In this document: piece by piece, positions 1 to 9,885 of the stretch
Layout of the letters: each line of letters starts with the position of its first letter
Position numbering within the stretch: position 1 is the stretch's first letter
NCBI GenBank assembly: GCA_965222155.1
Contig: CBDCTH010000012.1
Coordinates: 1,120,001-1,184,000, forward strand
Source: Gammaproteobacteria bacterium
Lineage (GTDB): Bacteria; Pseudomonadota; Gammaproteobacteria; Eutrophobiales; Eutrophobiaceae
Direction: 5' to 3'
DNA length: 64,000 bases
Made by a program: the position numbers and the translations under genes
The notes under the pieces: model-generated
What the model was told of the DNA's origin: nothing
Database searches by the model: none
Seen by the model: only the letters and a program-made list of their open reading frames with translations

Positions 1-110
1 GCATCTCGGGGCAGGGTAAACAACAGAGAATAGTATTTTGACTGGATTCCGGCATTCACCGGAATGACGGGGAGAGCATGAATGATAACGCCTGTAGCAG
101 GAAGATATAG

Positions 111-536
111 ATGAAAGTTACTGTAGAGCAGAACAATATCCACTGGGAAGCAGCCCATGCGCTGGTACAGGCCGCAGTAAAGCAGGCTGATGAAATGAAC
201 GTAACAGTCAACGTCGCGGTGGTGGACAGCGGCGGTCACCTGGCTGCTTTCCTGCGCATGCCGGGTTCGGCGTTCCACTCCGTTGACGTGGCCATAAGTA
301 AGGCTTACACGGCTATGAGTTTCGGTATGCCTACGTCACAGTGGCAGAATGTCATCGATAATTTGTCTGTTCCGTGTCAAACGGGCCTGCCGTCGGTGGA
401 TCGGTTGATGACTTGCGGCGGGGGTGTCCCCATAGAAGTCGATGGGCTTCGCATCGGCGCCATCGGCGTCTCCGGGGCGAGTGAAAAACAGGATGAGGAA
501 ATTGCAGAAAATGCGCTGAAAATTCTGCATGAATGA
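111..536 (+). CDS. GlcG/HbpS (DUF336) heme-binding family protein
   Basis: Motifs VAVVDSGGHL, AISKAYTA and GGGVPI..G..IGAIGVSG; this family often lies upstream of dmpC/xylG in meta-cleavage operons. Confidence 0.88.
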   Translation: MKVTVEQNNIHWEAAHALVQAAVKQADEMNVTVNVAVVDSGGHLAAFLRMPGSAFHSVDVAISKAYTAMSFGMPTSQWQNVIDNLSVPCQTGLPSVDRLMTCGGGVPIEVDGLRIGAIGVSGASEKQDEEIAENALKILHE

Positions 537-540
537 TATT

Positions 541-615
541 TGGGGTCAGAGTAAAAATACAGTCAGTTTGGCAAGTGGTAGTAGCTTGTTGTTGAGTATT
601 TTTACTCTGACCCCA
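541..615. repeat. 20-bp perfect inverted repeat (REP-like)
   Basis: TGGGGTCAGAGTAAAAATAC (541-560) and GTATTTTTACTCTGACCCCA (596-615). Confidence 0.85.
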
Positions 616-648
616 TGGACTGCAAGTCTGGTATGAGGGTTCGGGTTA

Positions 649-2139
649 ATGCACGCAAAAGTAGAACAAGTCTTTTCAGGTACGCCGTTTTGTCATTTCG
701 TTAACGGCGAATTTATCGGATCTGCCGGCGGCAGGATGTTCGATACGCTTAACCCGGCAACGGGTGAGGCCTATGCACAGGTGCATGAAGCGGGCAGGGA
801 AGAGGTCGACGCGGCAGTCAACGCTGCCCGTGCCGCCTTGACGGGATCCTGGGGCGCAATGACGGTACAGCAACGGGTCGCGTTATTGTATGACCTGGCC
901 GACGGGATTAATGCCCGGTTCGATGATTTTCTTGAAGCGGAATGCCTTGATACCGGCAAACCCTGGTCATTGGCCAGGCACGTCGATATTCCACGGGGCG
1001 CGGCCAACTTCAAAATCTTTGCGGATATCATCAAGAACGTCCCCGCAGAATCCTTCATGATGGATACCCCGGACGGGGCCGGGGCGCTGAATTATGCGTT
1101 GCGCGTACCCAAGGGTGTTATCGGTGTCATCTGTCCCTGGAATCTGCCCTTGCTGCTGATGACCTGGAAAGTCGGGCCGGCACTGGCCTGCGGTAACACC
1201 GTCGTTGTCAAACCGTCGGAGGAAACCCCCGCGACGGCAACCCTGCTGGGCGAGGTGATGAATTCAGTAGGTATACCCGCGGGAGTATACAACGTAGTGC
1301 ATGGTTTCGGTCCCGATTCCGCCGGTCAGTTTCTGACTGAGCATCCGGGCGTGGACGCCATTACGTTTACCGGTGAAACGGTCACGGGCACCCAAATCAT
1401 GAAGGCCGCGGCAGTCGGCCTGCGCGACGTATCGTTTGAACTGGGCGGAAAGAACGCGGGAGTGGTGTTTGCCGACTGTGATATGGATAAGGCCATAGAG
1501 GGGACTACGCGCTCTGCGTTTGCCAATTGCGGCCAGGTTTGCCTGGGAACGGAAAGGGTTTACGTTGAACGGCCTGTGTTCGCCGAATTCGTGCAACGGC
1601 TCAAACTGGGTGCGGAAAACCTGGCGCCGGGACGACCTGAACTGGCAACGACCACCCTGGGACCCATGATCAGCCGGCAGCAAAGGGAAAAGGTGCTGTC
1701 CTATTATCGAAAGGCCAGGGAGGAGGGGGCAGAAATTATTACCGGCGGCGCTGTTCCGCAAGTGCCTGATGAACTTGGAGGCGGTTTCTGGGTGGAACCG
1801 ACTATCTGGACGGGTTTGCCCGAGTCAGCGCCGGTTATTCGAGAGGAGATCTTCGGTCCCTGCTGTCATATTCAGCCCTTTGATGAAGAATCGGAGGTAA
1901 TCAGCATGGCTAACGATACGCCTTACGGGCTGGCAACGGCAATATGGACGGGTGACGCGGCGCGTGCACATCGGGTTGCCGCTGCCATTGAGGTTGGTAT
2001 TACCTGGGTTAATTGCTGGTTCCTGCGGGATCTCAGGACACCTTTCGGCGGCTCCAAACAATCGGGCATCGGCCGGGAAGGTGGTGTACACTCGCTGGAG
2101 TTCTATACTGAAATGCGCAACGTGTGTTTGAAATTGTAA
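649..2139 (+). CDS. dmpC: 2-hydroxymuconic semialdehyde dehydrogenase
   Basis: ALDH motifs PWNLPLLLMTWKVGPALACGN, FTGETVTG, ELGGKNA, GQVC and EEIFGP, plus the DmpC/XylG-typical DIPRGAANF and WFLRDLRTPFGGSKQSG. Confidence 0.93.
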   Translation: MHAKVEQVFSGTPFCHFVNGEFIGSAGGRMFDTLNPATGEAYAQVHEAGREEVDAAVNAARAALTGSWGAMTVQQRVALLYDLADGINARFDDFLEAECLDTGKPWSLARHVDIPRGAANFKIFADIIKNVPAESFMMDTPDGAGALNYALRVPKGVIGVICPWNLPLLLMTWKVGPALACGNTVVVKPSEETPATATLLGEVMNSVGIPAGVYNVVHGFGPDSAGQFLTEHPGVDAITFTGETVTGTQIMKAAAVGLRDVSFELGGKNAGVVFADCDMDKAIEGTTRSAFANCGQVCLGTERVYVERPVFAEFVQRLKLGAENLAPGRPELATTTLGPMISRQQREKVLSYYRKAREEGAEIITGGAVPQVPDELGGGFWVEPTIWTGLPESAPVIREEIFGPCCHIQPFDEESEVISMANDTPYGLATAIWTGDAARAHRVAAAIEVGITWVNCWFLRDLRTPFGGSKQSGIGREGGVHSLEFYTEMRNVCLKL

Positions 2140-2145
2140 ACATTT

Positions 2146-2433
2146 GCCACAGAGGACACAGAGAACACAGAGAACACAGAGAAAAATCGTTCCGTCATTC
2201 CGGGCAGGCCCCTGCCTTACAACATGCCAGGGCAGGCCTGGAATCCAGTAGCCAGAATTTCCTTATCAGTAGGGAATAATTTTTCGACTGGATTCCTGCT
2301 TCCGCAGGAATGGCGGGGTCGGACGCAGGAATGGCGGGGTCGGACGCAAATGGCGGGGTCGGGCGTAGGAATGGCGGGATCGGACGCAGGAATGGCAGAA
2401 GTCAAACTCTGTGTTCTCTGTACTCTCTGTGGC
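2146..2433. repeat. Composite palindromic miniature element, copy 1 (outer CACAGAG 9-mer arms, inner GTCAT..GGAATCCAG/CTGGATTCC hairpins)
   Basis: GCCACAGAGGACACAGAGAACACAGAG at the left end and CTCTGTGTTCTCTGTACTCTCTGTGGC at the right; internal ~21-bp GGAATGGCGGGGTCGGACGCA tandem repeats. Confidence 0.85.
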
Positions 2434-2457
2434 TGAAGATAATAAAAGAGCGAGAAA

Positions 2458-3249
2458 ATGACTTTTGCTGCAGACAAAATACTATCCTACGGTAATACAC
2501 TCTACGATTGTCTACGCAAGCGCAATACTATCGAGCCGTTAACGGAGCAGGAGGCTGATATTACCATTGAGGACGCCTATCGTATTGCACTGCAATTGTT
2601 GCAGCGACGACTGGGCGATGGTGAAAAAATCATCGGTAAAAAAATCGGCGCTACCAGCAAGGCCGTACAAAATATGTTGAAGGTGAACCAGCCGGATTTT
2701 GGTTACCTGACTGACCGCATGGTCTATAACAACGGCGATGAAATGCCCATCAGTTCGGTACTAATCCAGCCCAAGGCAGAAGGAGAAATAGCGTTTATCC
2801 TGAAACACGACCTGGAAGGGCCGGGCGTGACCAATGCCGCCGTCCTGCGGGCGACGGAATGCGTGATGCCTTGTTTTGAAATAGTCGATTCACGCATCAA
2901 GGATTGGAAAATCAAGATCCAGGATACCATTGCCGATAATGCCTCCTGTGGTCTGTTCATGCTGGGTGACCGGGCCGTTGACCCGCGGCGCGTTGACCTG
3001 GTGACCTGCGGTATGGTGCATTCAAAGAACGGCGAAGTCATTGCCACGGGCGCCGGCGCCGCGGCCCTGGGATCGCCGGTTAACTGTGTTGCCTGGCTGG
3101 CGAATACCCTGGGCGAATTCGGCATCAAGCTGGAGGCCGGTGAGGTGATCCTGTCGGGTTCCCTGGTTCCCCTGCATCCGATAGTGCCGGGAGACTCGAT
3201 GAATTTATCCATTGGCGCTATCGGCAATGCATCAGTCCGGTTTACATAA
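2458..3249 (+). CDS. dmpE: 2-oxopent-4-enoate (2-hydroxypenta-2,4-dienoate) hydratase
   Basis: FAH-fold motifs GKKIGATSKAVQ..PDFG, EGEIAF, EIVDSRIKDWKIKIQDTIADNASCG and VILSGSL. Confidence 0.9.
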   Translation: MTFAADKILSYGNTLYDCLRKRNTIEPLTEQEADITIEDAYRIALQLLQRRLGDGEKIIGKKIGATSKAVQNMLKVNQPDFGYLTDRMVYNNGDEMPISSVLIQPKAEGEIAFILKHDLEGPGVTNAAVLRATECVMPCFEIVDSRIKDWKIKIQDTIADNASCGLFMLGDRAVDPRRVDLVTCGMVHSKNGEVIATGAGAAALGSPVNCVAWLANTLGEFGIKLEAGEVILSGSLVPLHPIVPGDSMNLSIGAIGNASVRFT

Positions 3250-3256
3250 TTGATTT

Positions 3257-3514
3257 GCCACAGAGGACACAGAGTATACAAACAACGACACGACGACGCG
3301 ACGACACGACGTCATACTGGCGAATGCCAGTATCCAGTGAACTGATATTCATTACAATAAGGAATGATTTTTTGACTGGATTCCGGCATTCGCCGGCATG
3401 ACGGGAATGGCAGGAATCAGACTCTGTACTGTAAGGAATGATTTTTTGACTGGATTTTCGGCATTCGCCGGCATGACAGGAATGTCAGGAATCAAACTCT
3501 GTGTCCTCTGTGGC
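3257..3514. repeat. Composite palindromic miniature element, copy 2, with an internal ~70-bp tandem duplication
   Basis: GCCACAGAGGACACAGAG...CTCTGTGTCCTCTGTGGC arms; inner GTCATACTGGCGAATGCCAGTATCCAG..CTGGATTCCGGCATTCGCCGGCATGAC; the TAAGGAATGATTTTTTGACTGGATT.. segment occurs twice. Confidence 0.85.
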
Positions 3515-3540
3515 TGATATTAGATTAAGAGGTTGATGAT

Positions 3541-4449
3541 ATGAAAGTAAATGCTGCCCTGGTCGGTTCCGGGAATATCGGAACGGACCTGATGATGAAG
3601 GCGTTACGCAGTGACTGGATCAATCCGGTCTGGATGGTGGGGATAGATCCTGCCTCGGACGGTTTGGCGAAGGCGAGAGCCAGCGGTTTGAGGACCACCC
3701 ACGCGGGGGTGGATGATCTGCTTGAGCATATCGATGCTGACGGCATCAAGATTGCTTTTGATGCGACTTCCGCTTATATCCATCTGGAAAACTCCAGGAA
3801 ACTGGAGGCGCGCGGCGTGCTGGTTATCGACCTGACGCCGGCAGCCATCGGCCCTTACTGTGTGCCGCCCGTTAACCTGCAGGAGCACGTAGGCAGACAG
3901 GAGACCAATGTGAACATGGTCAGTTGCGGCGGGCAGGCTACAATCCCCATGGTCGCGGCGGTGAGCAGGGTGCAACCGGTGAAATATGCTGAGATCGTTG
4001 CCACGGTGGCGTCAAAGTCCGCAGGGCCAGGCACGCGCAAAAACATCGACGAATTCACCCGCACCACGGCTGACGGCATAGAACAGGTCGGCGGCGCCAA
4101 ACAAGGCAAGGCGATCATCATCCTCAACCCGGCGGAACCCCCCATGATTATGCGCGATACCATCCATTGCCTGACGGAAGACACTCCAGATGAGGACGCG
4201 ATCACAAAATCCGTCCATGACATGATCAGGGAAGTGCAAAGATACGTGCCGGGATATAAATTGAAAAACGGACCGGTGTTCGACGGCAACCGTGTGTCCA
4301 TTTTCATGGAAGTGAAAGGTCTGGGGGATTATCTGCCGGAATATGCGGGTAACCTGGACATTATGACTGCTGCCGCGTTACGCACCGGTGAGATGTTTGC
4401 GGAGGAAATCATTAATGGCGAGTTGCAGTTGGAAGCTGTTAACGCCTGA
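3541..4449 (+). CDS. dmpF: Acetaldehyde dehydrogenase (acylating)
   Basis: [50 protein letters not shown] and YAGNLDIMT. Confidence 0.95.
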   Translation: MKVNAALVGSGNIGTDLMMKALRSDWINPVWMVGIDPASDGLAKARASGLRTTHAGVDDLLEHIDADGIKIAFDATSAYIHLENSRKLEARGVLVIDLTPAAIGPYCVPPVNLQEHVGRQETNVNMVSCGGQATIPMVAAVSRVQPVKYAEIVATVASKSAGPGTRKNIDEFTRTTADGIEQVGGAKQGKAIIILNPAEPPMIMRDTIHCLTEDTPDEDAITKSVHDMIREVQRYVPGYKLKNGPVFDGNRVSIFMEVKGLGDYLPEYAGNLDIMTAAALRTGEMFAEEIINGELQLEAVNA

Positions 4450-4461
4450 GGAGATGAAGCC

Positions 4462-5529
4462 ATGAACCTGACAGGTAAAAAAGTCAAACTACATGATATG
4501 TGTCTGCGTGACGGGATGCACGCCAAAGGCCACCAGATCAGCATAGAGCAAATGATAAGCGTTGCTTCGGCGCTCGACGATGCGGGCATTCACCTTATCG
4601 AGGTGACCCACGGTGACGGACTGGGCGGCGCTTCCATCAATTACGGTTTCCCCGCCAGTTCGGATGAGGAATATCTGCGGGCAGTCATCCCGCGTATGAA
4701 AAATGCAAAAATCTCGGCGTTATTGTTGCCCGGGATAGGCACCGTGGATCATTTGAACATGGCACGGGATTGCGGTGTTCATACCATTCGCGTCGCTACC
4801 CACTGCACGGAAGCGGATGTGTCCGAACAACACATCAGTTCCGCCCGAAAGCTTGACCTGGATACGGTCGGTTTCCTGATGATGGCGCACATGGTGGAGC
4901 CGCAACATCTGCTTGCCCAAGCCAGGTTGATGGAATCTTACGGAGCCAATTGTATCTATTGCACCGATTCAGCCGGCTACATGTTGCCGGATGATGTCAC
5001 GGCCCGTATCGGGGCCTTGCGCGAAGGGTTGAATGAAGACACGGAGATTGGTTTTCATGGGCACCATAATATGGCTATGGGTATTGCCAACTCATTGGCA
5101 GCCGTCGAGGCCGGCGCGGATCGGATTGATGGTTCTGCGGCGGGTTTAGGCGCCGGCGCCGGCAACACCCCCCTGGAAGTATTCAACGCGGTGCTGGACC
5201 GGATGGGCGTTAAAACCGGCGTGGACGTATACAAGTTGATGAACGTGGCGGAGGACAATGTAGTGCCCATGATGGACCAGCAGATCCGGGTTGACCGTGA
5301 TTCACTGATTATGGGCTATGCGGGCGTGTATTCCTCTTTTCTCCTGCACGCTAAACGTGTGGGGAAAAAATACAATCTTCCTTCCGGGGATATCCTGGTT
5401 GAACTGGGGAAGATGAAAACTATCGGCGGCCAGGAAGACATGATAGAAGACGTTGCGCTGAACATGGTACGCGCACGCCGGGAATTAAAGCCTGCCCCTG
5501 CAGGTCGTAAGCAGGGGGTGGCGCAATGA
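4462..5529 (+). CDS. dmpG: 4-hydroxy-2-oxovalerate aldolase
   Basis: [47 protein letters not shown] and [10 protein letters not shown]. Confidence 0.95.
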   Translation: MNLTGKKVKLHDMCLRDGMHAKGHQISIEQMISVASALDDAGIHLIEVTHGDGLGGASINYGFPASSDEEYLRAVIPRMKNAKISALLLPGIGTVDHLNMARDCGVHTIRVATHCTEADVSEQHISSARKLDLDTVGFLMMAHMVEPQHLLAQARLMESYGANCIYCTDSAGYMLPDDVTARIGALREGLNEDTEIGFHGHHNMAMGIANSLAAVEAGADRIDGSAAGLGAGAGNTPLEVFNAVLDRMGVKTGVDVYKLMNVAEDNVVPMMDQQIRVDRDSLIMGYAGVYSSFLLHAKRVGKKYNLPSGDILVELGKMKTIGGQEDMIEDVALNMVRARRELKPAPAGRKQGVAQ

Positions 5530-6314
5530 CGCTGGACCAGGCCACGATCAGCCAACTGGCAGAGCACCTGGAAAATGCCGAGTTGAACAGGCAGCCGGTG
5601 ACGAAAATCACCGATGCTCACCCGGAACTTGACTGGGATGACGCCTATTCCATCCAGTATGAGATCCGCCGTCGTAAAACAGAGCGCGGTGGTAAAATCG
5701 TCGGTCTGAAAATGGGTTTGACCTCCCAGGCAAAAATGAAACAGATGGGCGTGGCTACGCCGGTGTATGGGTTTTTGTCTGATTACGGCAGTTATGCCGA
5801 CGGCGCAGAAATCGATACGGGGGCGTTTATCCATCCCCGGGTGGAAGCGGAAGTGGCCGTTATGACCAGGACAGAGTTGGCCGGGCCGGGTTGTCATATC
5901 GGCCAGGTGTTGCCGGCCATAGATTTCATTACCGGGGCAGTGGAGATCATAGATTCCCGTTATGAAAATTTTCGGTTTGACCTGAAAAGTGTCATTGCCG
6001 ATAATACTTCAGCCGCAGGTTTTGTCTGCGGCAGCGTGATTCGGGATGCGGCTGAGGTGGACCTGCCGACCCTTGGGGTTGTAATGGAGAAAAACGGCGA
6101 AGTAGTGGAAACCGGCGCAGGCGCTGCAGTACTGGGGCATCCCGCGTCCAGCGTGGCCATGCTGGCAAACATGCTGGCGGCGCGCGGAGAAGTCATACCT
6201 GCCGGGACGTTTATCATGACCGGCGGCATAACGGCAGCCGTTGCAGTGGGGAAGGGCGATGCTGTTAATGTGCGTTTTCAGGGCCTGGGCAAGGTCAGTT
6301 TCCGAATGATCTGA
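5526..6314 (+). CDS. dmpH: 4-oxalocrotonate decarboxylase
   Basis: [24 protein letters not shown] and [21 protein letters not shown]; ATGA overlap with the aldolase. Confidence 0.92.
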   Translation: MTLDQATISQLAEHLENAELNRQPVTKITDAHPELDWDDAYSIQYEIRRRKTERGGKIVGLKMGLTSQAKMKQMGVATPVYGFLSDYGSYADGAEIDTGAFIHPRVEAEVAVMTRTELAGPGCHIGQVLPAIDFITGAVEIIDSRYENFRFDLKSVIADNTSAAGFVCGSVIRDAAEVDLPTLGVVMEKNGEVVETGAGAAVLGHPASSVAMLANMLAARGEVIPAGTFIMTGGITAAVAVGKGDAVNVRFQGLGKVSFRMI

Positions 6315-6365
6315 GGGCATCATAACCTGCCAGGATAGCCATACAATAATAATGAAGGGGGGATA

Positions 6366-7355
6366 TTGTTTAATAACATAACCAAGAACCTGGCCAGGGT
6401 TGCACATTGTTGCCTGTTGGCTGTTATCTTTATGCTGTCTTCCGGCTGTGAAGCGCCGCTGGTATTGGACGAAGTGGAAACAGCCGAACGGTCTCCGCTA
6501 CGCAGGACGGATAATTTTCAGGCAGTCGGTTCCTTCGGGCAGAATATTGTTGCGGTGGGAGCAAGCGGAGTCATCCTGACGTCAGGGGACAGCGGGGCCA
6601 CCTGGCAACGGCAGCAAATTCCTTCCTGGCCTTCCTTCCTGGATATCACCAGTTGCAGTGACGGCCTGTTCGCCGCATTGGCCTTTGAAGGCGAAGTGTG
6701 GCTTTCCAGCGACGCCGGCCTGACCTGGAGCCAGAGTAAACTCACTACCGAGGAGGCGCCGCAGTCTATCCAGTGCGACCCCGCAGATAATTTGTGGGTG
6801 GTAGGCAGTTTTTCCACCGTATCGATCAGCCGGGATGGCGCTGCGACCTGGGAGGTGTCCTCCCGGGATGAAGACATGATTTACACGGATATCCAGTTTT
6901 TTGATGAGCGGACCGCTTACATCGCCGGTGAATTCGGTTCCCTGCTGAAAACCAGGGATGCCGGAGCCACCTGGGAATCAATGCCCATCATGCCCGATGA
7001 GTTTTATCCGCAGAGCATGTATTTTGAAGATCTGGACAAGGGCTGGATTGCCGGCCTGGGCGGTGTCGTCCTTGAAACGTCTGACGGCGGACAGAGCTGG
7101 CAGATACAGGCTACCGGCAGCCTGGTCACCTTGTACACCCTGGCTAAATCCAACGGTAATGTATTCGTCGTCGGTGGTGAAGGCACCATATTCCGTTATG
7201 ACGGAGGAAAGTGGGCGCCGGTCGATCACGGCCAACCGTTCCGCCTGTACCTGCGCGGGATACAGCCCCTGGCTGGTCACCGCTTGATCGTCAGCGGTCC
7301 CGGGGGCGTATTGCACGTCTTTTCAATTGAAGAACTACTGAACAGTGATAATTAA
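6366..7355 (+). CDS. YCF48/BNR-repeat beta-propeller lipoprotein
   Basis: Lipobox-like LSSGC after a hydrophobic signal; repeated S/T-x-D-G/A-G-x-T/S-W Asp-box motifs. Confidence 0.85.
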   Translation: MFNNITKNLARVAHCCLLAVIFMLSSGCEAPLVLDEVETAERSPLRRTDNFQAVGSFGQNIVAVGASGVILTSGDSGATWQRQQIPSWPSFLDITSCSDGLFAALAFEGEVWLSSDAGLTWSQSKLTTEEAPQSIQCDPADNLWVVGSFSTVSISRDGAATWEVSSRDEDMIYTDIQFFDERTAYIAGEFGSLLKTRDAGATWESMPIMPDEFYPQSMYFEDLDKGWIAGLGGVVLETSDGGQSWQIQATGSLVTLYTLAKSNGNVFVVGGEGTIFRYDGGKWAPVDHGQPFRLYLRGIQPLAGHRLIVSGPGGVLHVFSIEELLNSDN

Positions 7356-9757
7356 TGAAATTTAATACCAGTCAGATTTTCCCTACTTTTGGTAATTTCC
7401 TGTTCAACAACAGAAAATTCGTACTGGTTGTGATCTTTTTGATTACCGCCATGTTTGCCTGGAATATACCCGCTGTACGCATGCTGTCTGATTTTGCCGA
7501 TCTGTTACCCCAGGAGCACCCCTATATACAGCTTCATAACAGCATCCGCGATACCTTCGGGGGCGCCAATATCATCGTTATGGCCATGGAAGTGGAGGAG
7601 GGTACGATATTCACCAATGATTCCCTGGACCGGGTTCACCGTATCACCCAGAAGCTGGACAGCGTGTCCAACATCAACCACAATCTGGTAAGCAGCCTGA
7701 CCCATCGCAATACCCGGAAAATCTTCCTGACACCGGACGGGACGATACGTTCACAGACCTATTACGATCCGCACCATGATGAATATACGGAAGAACAACT
7801 GGCGAAAATCCAGCGGGACGTGGTGGCCAGTACCAACGTATACGGCTTGCTGGTATCACCGGACATGAAGTCGGCGCTGATTAAGGGTACCCTGAATGAA
7901 GGCCAACTCGATTACGGCAAGGTATTCGATGAAATCCAGGCTATTCGGGCATCGGAAATTGCGCCCGGCGTAAAAATCCATGCAACCGGCCATCCTGTGC
8001 TGGTGGGTTGGGTGGATTCCTACAGTGGCGATATCCTGCTTATCTTTTTCTACACCATACTGATCGTCCTGGCGATCCTGATCTTCTATTCGCGCCGACT
8101 GTACGGCATCCTGTTACCGTTGGTAGGCATGGTATTGACCAGTATCTGGGGAGTGGGGTTCATGGGGGTGTTCGGTTATAACCTGGATCCGTTAATGCTG
8201 GTTGTACCGTTTCTTATCTCGGCCCGGTCCATGTCCCACGGTATCCAGAAGCTGGAGCGTTACTTTCTTGAACTGTCCCGCACCCATGAGAAGGTGTCGG
8301 CTGCCAGGAACACCTTTAATGCGCTGTTCAGACCCGGCGCGCTGGCGATCGTTGCGGACGCTTCGGCCCTGTACCTCATCGGGCTGGGGTCTGTGCCCAT
8401 CAATGACAAAATGGCCATTTACGCGTCTTTCTGGGCGGTATGTATGGTCGCCACGGTATTGATAGCGATCCCCATGCTGCTGGCGGAACTTCCCAGGCCG
8501 AAGGAAGTGGCCGTCAAGCATACCATGGCGCGGGTGATCTTTCCCAAGTTTGCCCGGGTCGTCGGGACCCCGGGACGCTCCAAAGCGGTGTTAATCACCT
8601 GTCTGGTTATTACCCTCTGCGCAACCTATTTCAGTTCCTGGGTGCAGATCGGCGAGCCGGAACCGGGTTCGCCGCTGCTCTACCGGGATCACGATTTCAA
8701 TATCTCATCTACGGCCATAAACGACCGCTTCCCGGGCGCCGAGGAATTGTTTATCATCGCCCGCGCCGATGAGAACGGCGGCTTGAAGAAACCTGAAATC
8801 ATGAAGGCCCTGGCGGACTTCCAGAACCACATGATGCTGGACCCGCATCTTGGCGGGGTAAAAGGGGTGAATAACCTGCTCACGCAGGTGAATCAAATGA
8901 CCCGCAACAACGACCCGCGCTGGGCGGTCATTCCCTCTATCGACCAGAATATCGGCGGTCTGTTGTTCATGTTCATGATGTCGGCGCCGACTCAGGGCGC
9001 ATTACAGGAATATATCGACACCGATGACCGGCTTGCCAATATGGTTTTTTACTATAAGGACCATACCGGTGAGACTATCCGCCGCGCCATTTACATGGCC
9101 AAGGAATGGATAGACAGCAAAGGCGCGCAGGTTGAAGGTTTGCATATTGACCTGGCCGGCGGGCCCGTCGGGGTGACCGCAGCAATTAATGAAGAGGCCT
9201 ATGATACCAACGTCATCGTCGTGCCGGCGGTGCTGATTCTTATCCTGTGTTTTACCCTGTGGTTTTACGGTTCGTTTCACTCCGGGTTCATGATGCTGGT
9301 ATCCATGACGTTCGCCACCACGCTGACTTATGCCTGTATGGGATTATTGAATATGGGGTTGAACGTCAATACGGTACCGATGATTGCCGTGGGGATCGGG
9401 CTGGGGGTGGATTACGCCATTTACATGATGGACCGGATCAAGGAGGAAATGCATGTGGCCGAGGATCTCCAGGACGCCATCCGGCGCGCGGTCACCACCA
9501 CCGGCGTCGCCATTGCCTTGACCGCCACGACACTGGTCGGCGGCATTATCATGTGGGTATTTATATCTGAACTGCGCTTCCAGGCAGATGCGGCGCGCCT
9601 CTTGATCATCATGCTGGTCATGAACATGGCGGCCGCCATGTTCCTGGTGCCGGCATGGGTGAACATCTTCAAGCCGAAATTCATTATGCAGGCGGCTGAA
9701 GAGCGCTGGGCAAAAGGGGAAGGTTCGACGATCGATGAAATTGAAGTTCTGGATTAA
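7355..9757 (+). CDS. RND/MMPL-family membrane transporter
   Basis: Two repeats of one TM + large periplasmic domain + ~5 TM; IGIGLGVDYAIY-type motif (VGIGLGVDYAIY); start overlaps the upstream stop. Confidence 0.9.
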   Translation: MKFNTSQIFPTFGNFLFNNRKFVLVVIFLITAMFAWNIPAVRMLSDFADLLPQEHPYIQLHNSIRDTFGGANIIVMAMEVEEGTIFTNDSLDRVHRITQKLDSVSNINHNLVSSLTHRNTRKIFLTPDGTIRSQTYYDPHHDEYTEEQLAKIQRDVVASTNVYGLLVSPDMKSALIKGTLNEGQLDYGKVFDEIQAIRASEIAPGVKIHATGHPVLVGWVDSYSGDILLIFFYTILIVLAILIFYSRRLYGILLPLVGMVLTSIWGVGFMGVFGYNLDPLMLVVPFLISARSMSHGIQKLERYFLELSRTHEKVSAARNTFNALFRPGALAIVADASALYLIGLGSVPINDKMAIYASFWAVCMVATVLIAIPMLLAELPRPKEVAVKHTMARVIFPKFARVVGTPGRSKAVLITCLVITLCATYFSSWVQIGEPEPGSPLLYRDHDFNISSTAINDRFPGAEELFIIARADENGGLKKPEIMKALADFQNHMMLDPHLGGVKGVNNLLTQVNQMTRNNDPRWAVIPSIDQNIGGLLFMFMMSAPTQGALQEYIDTDDRLANMVFYYKDHTGETIRRAIYMAKEWIDSKGAQVEGLHIDLAGGPVGVTAAINEEAYDTNVIVVPAVLILILCFTLWFYGSFHSGFMMLVSMTFATTLTYACMGLLNMGLNVNTVPMIAVGIGLGVDYAIYMMDRIKEEMHVAEDLQDAIRRAVTTTGVAIALTATTLVGGIIMWVFISELRFQADAARLLIIMLVMNMAAAMFLVPAWVNIFKPKFIMQAAEERWAKGEGSTIDEIEVLD

Positions 9758-9885
9758 CGGAACTATAATTTCATTATATATGTGACAAATAAAGATAGCG
9801 CCCGCTAAAAAAAACGTTACAATACCGAAATATCGATATTTTCCAGTATAGATTCTAATCAAGTCAGCATAGCTTAGGGGGATAA

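Noticed and set aside
2217-2495. Short ORFs over intergenic repeats (also 13228-13753, 18465-18721, 51779-52034)
   Set aside because: They are translations of 9-mer and palindromic repeats (TEDTE, MAG, LCVLCG, QDIQD) with no coding evidence.
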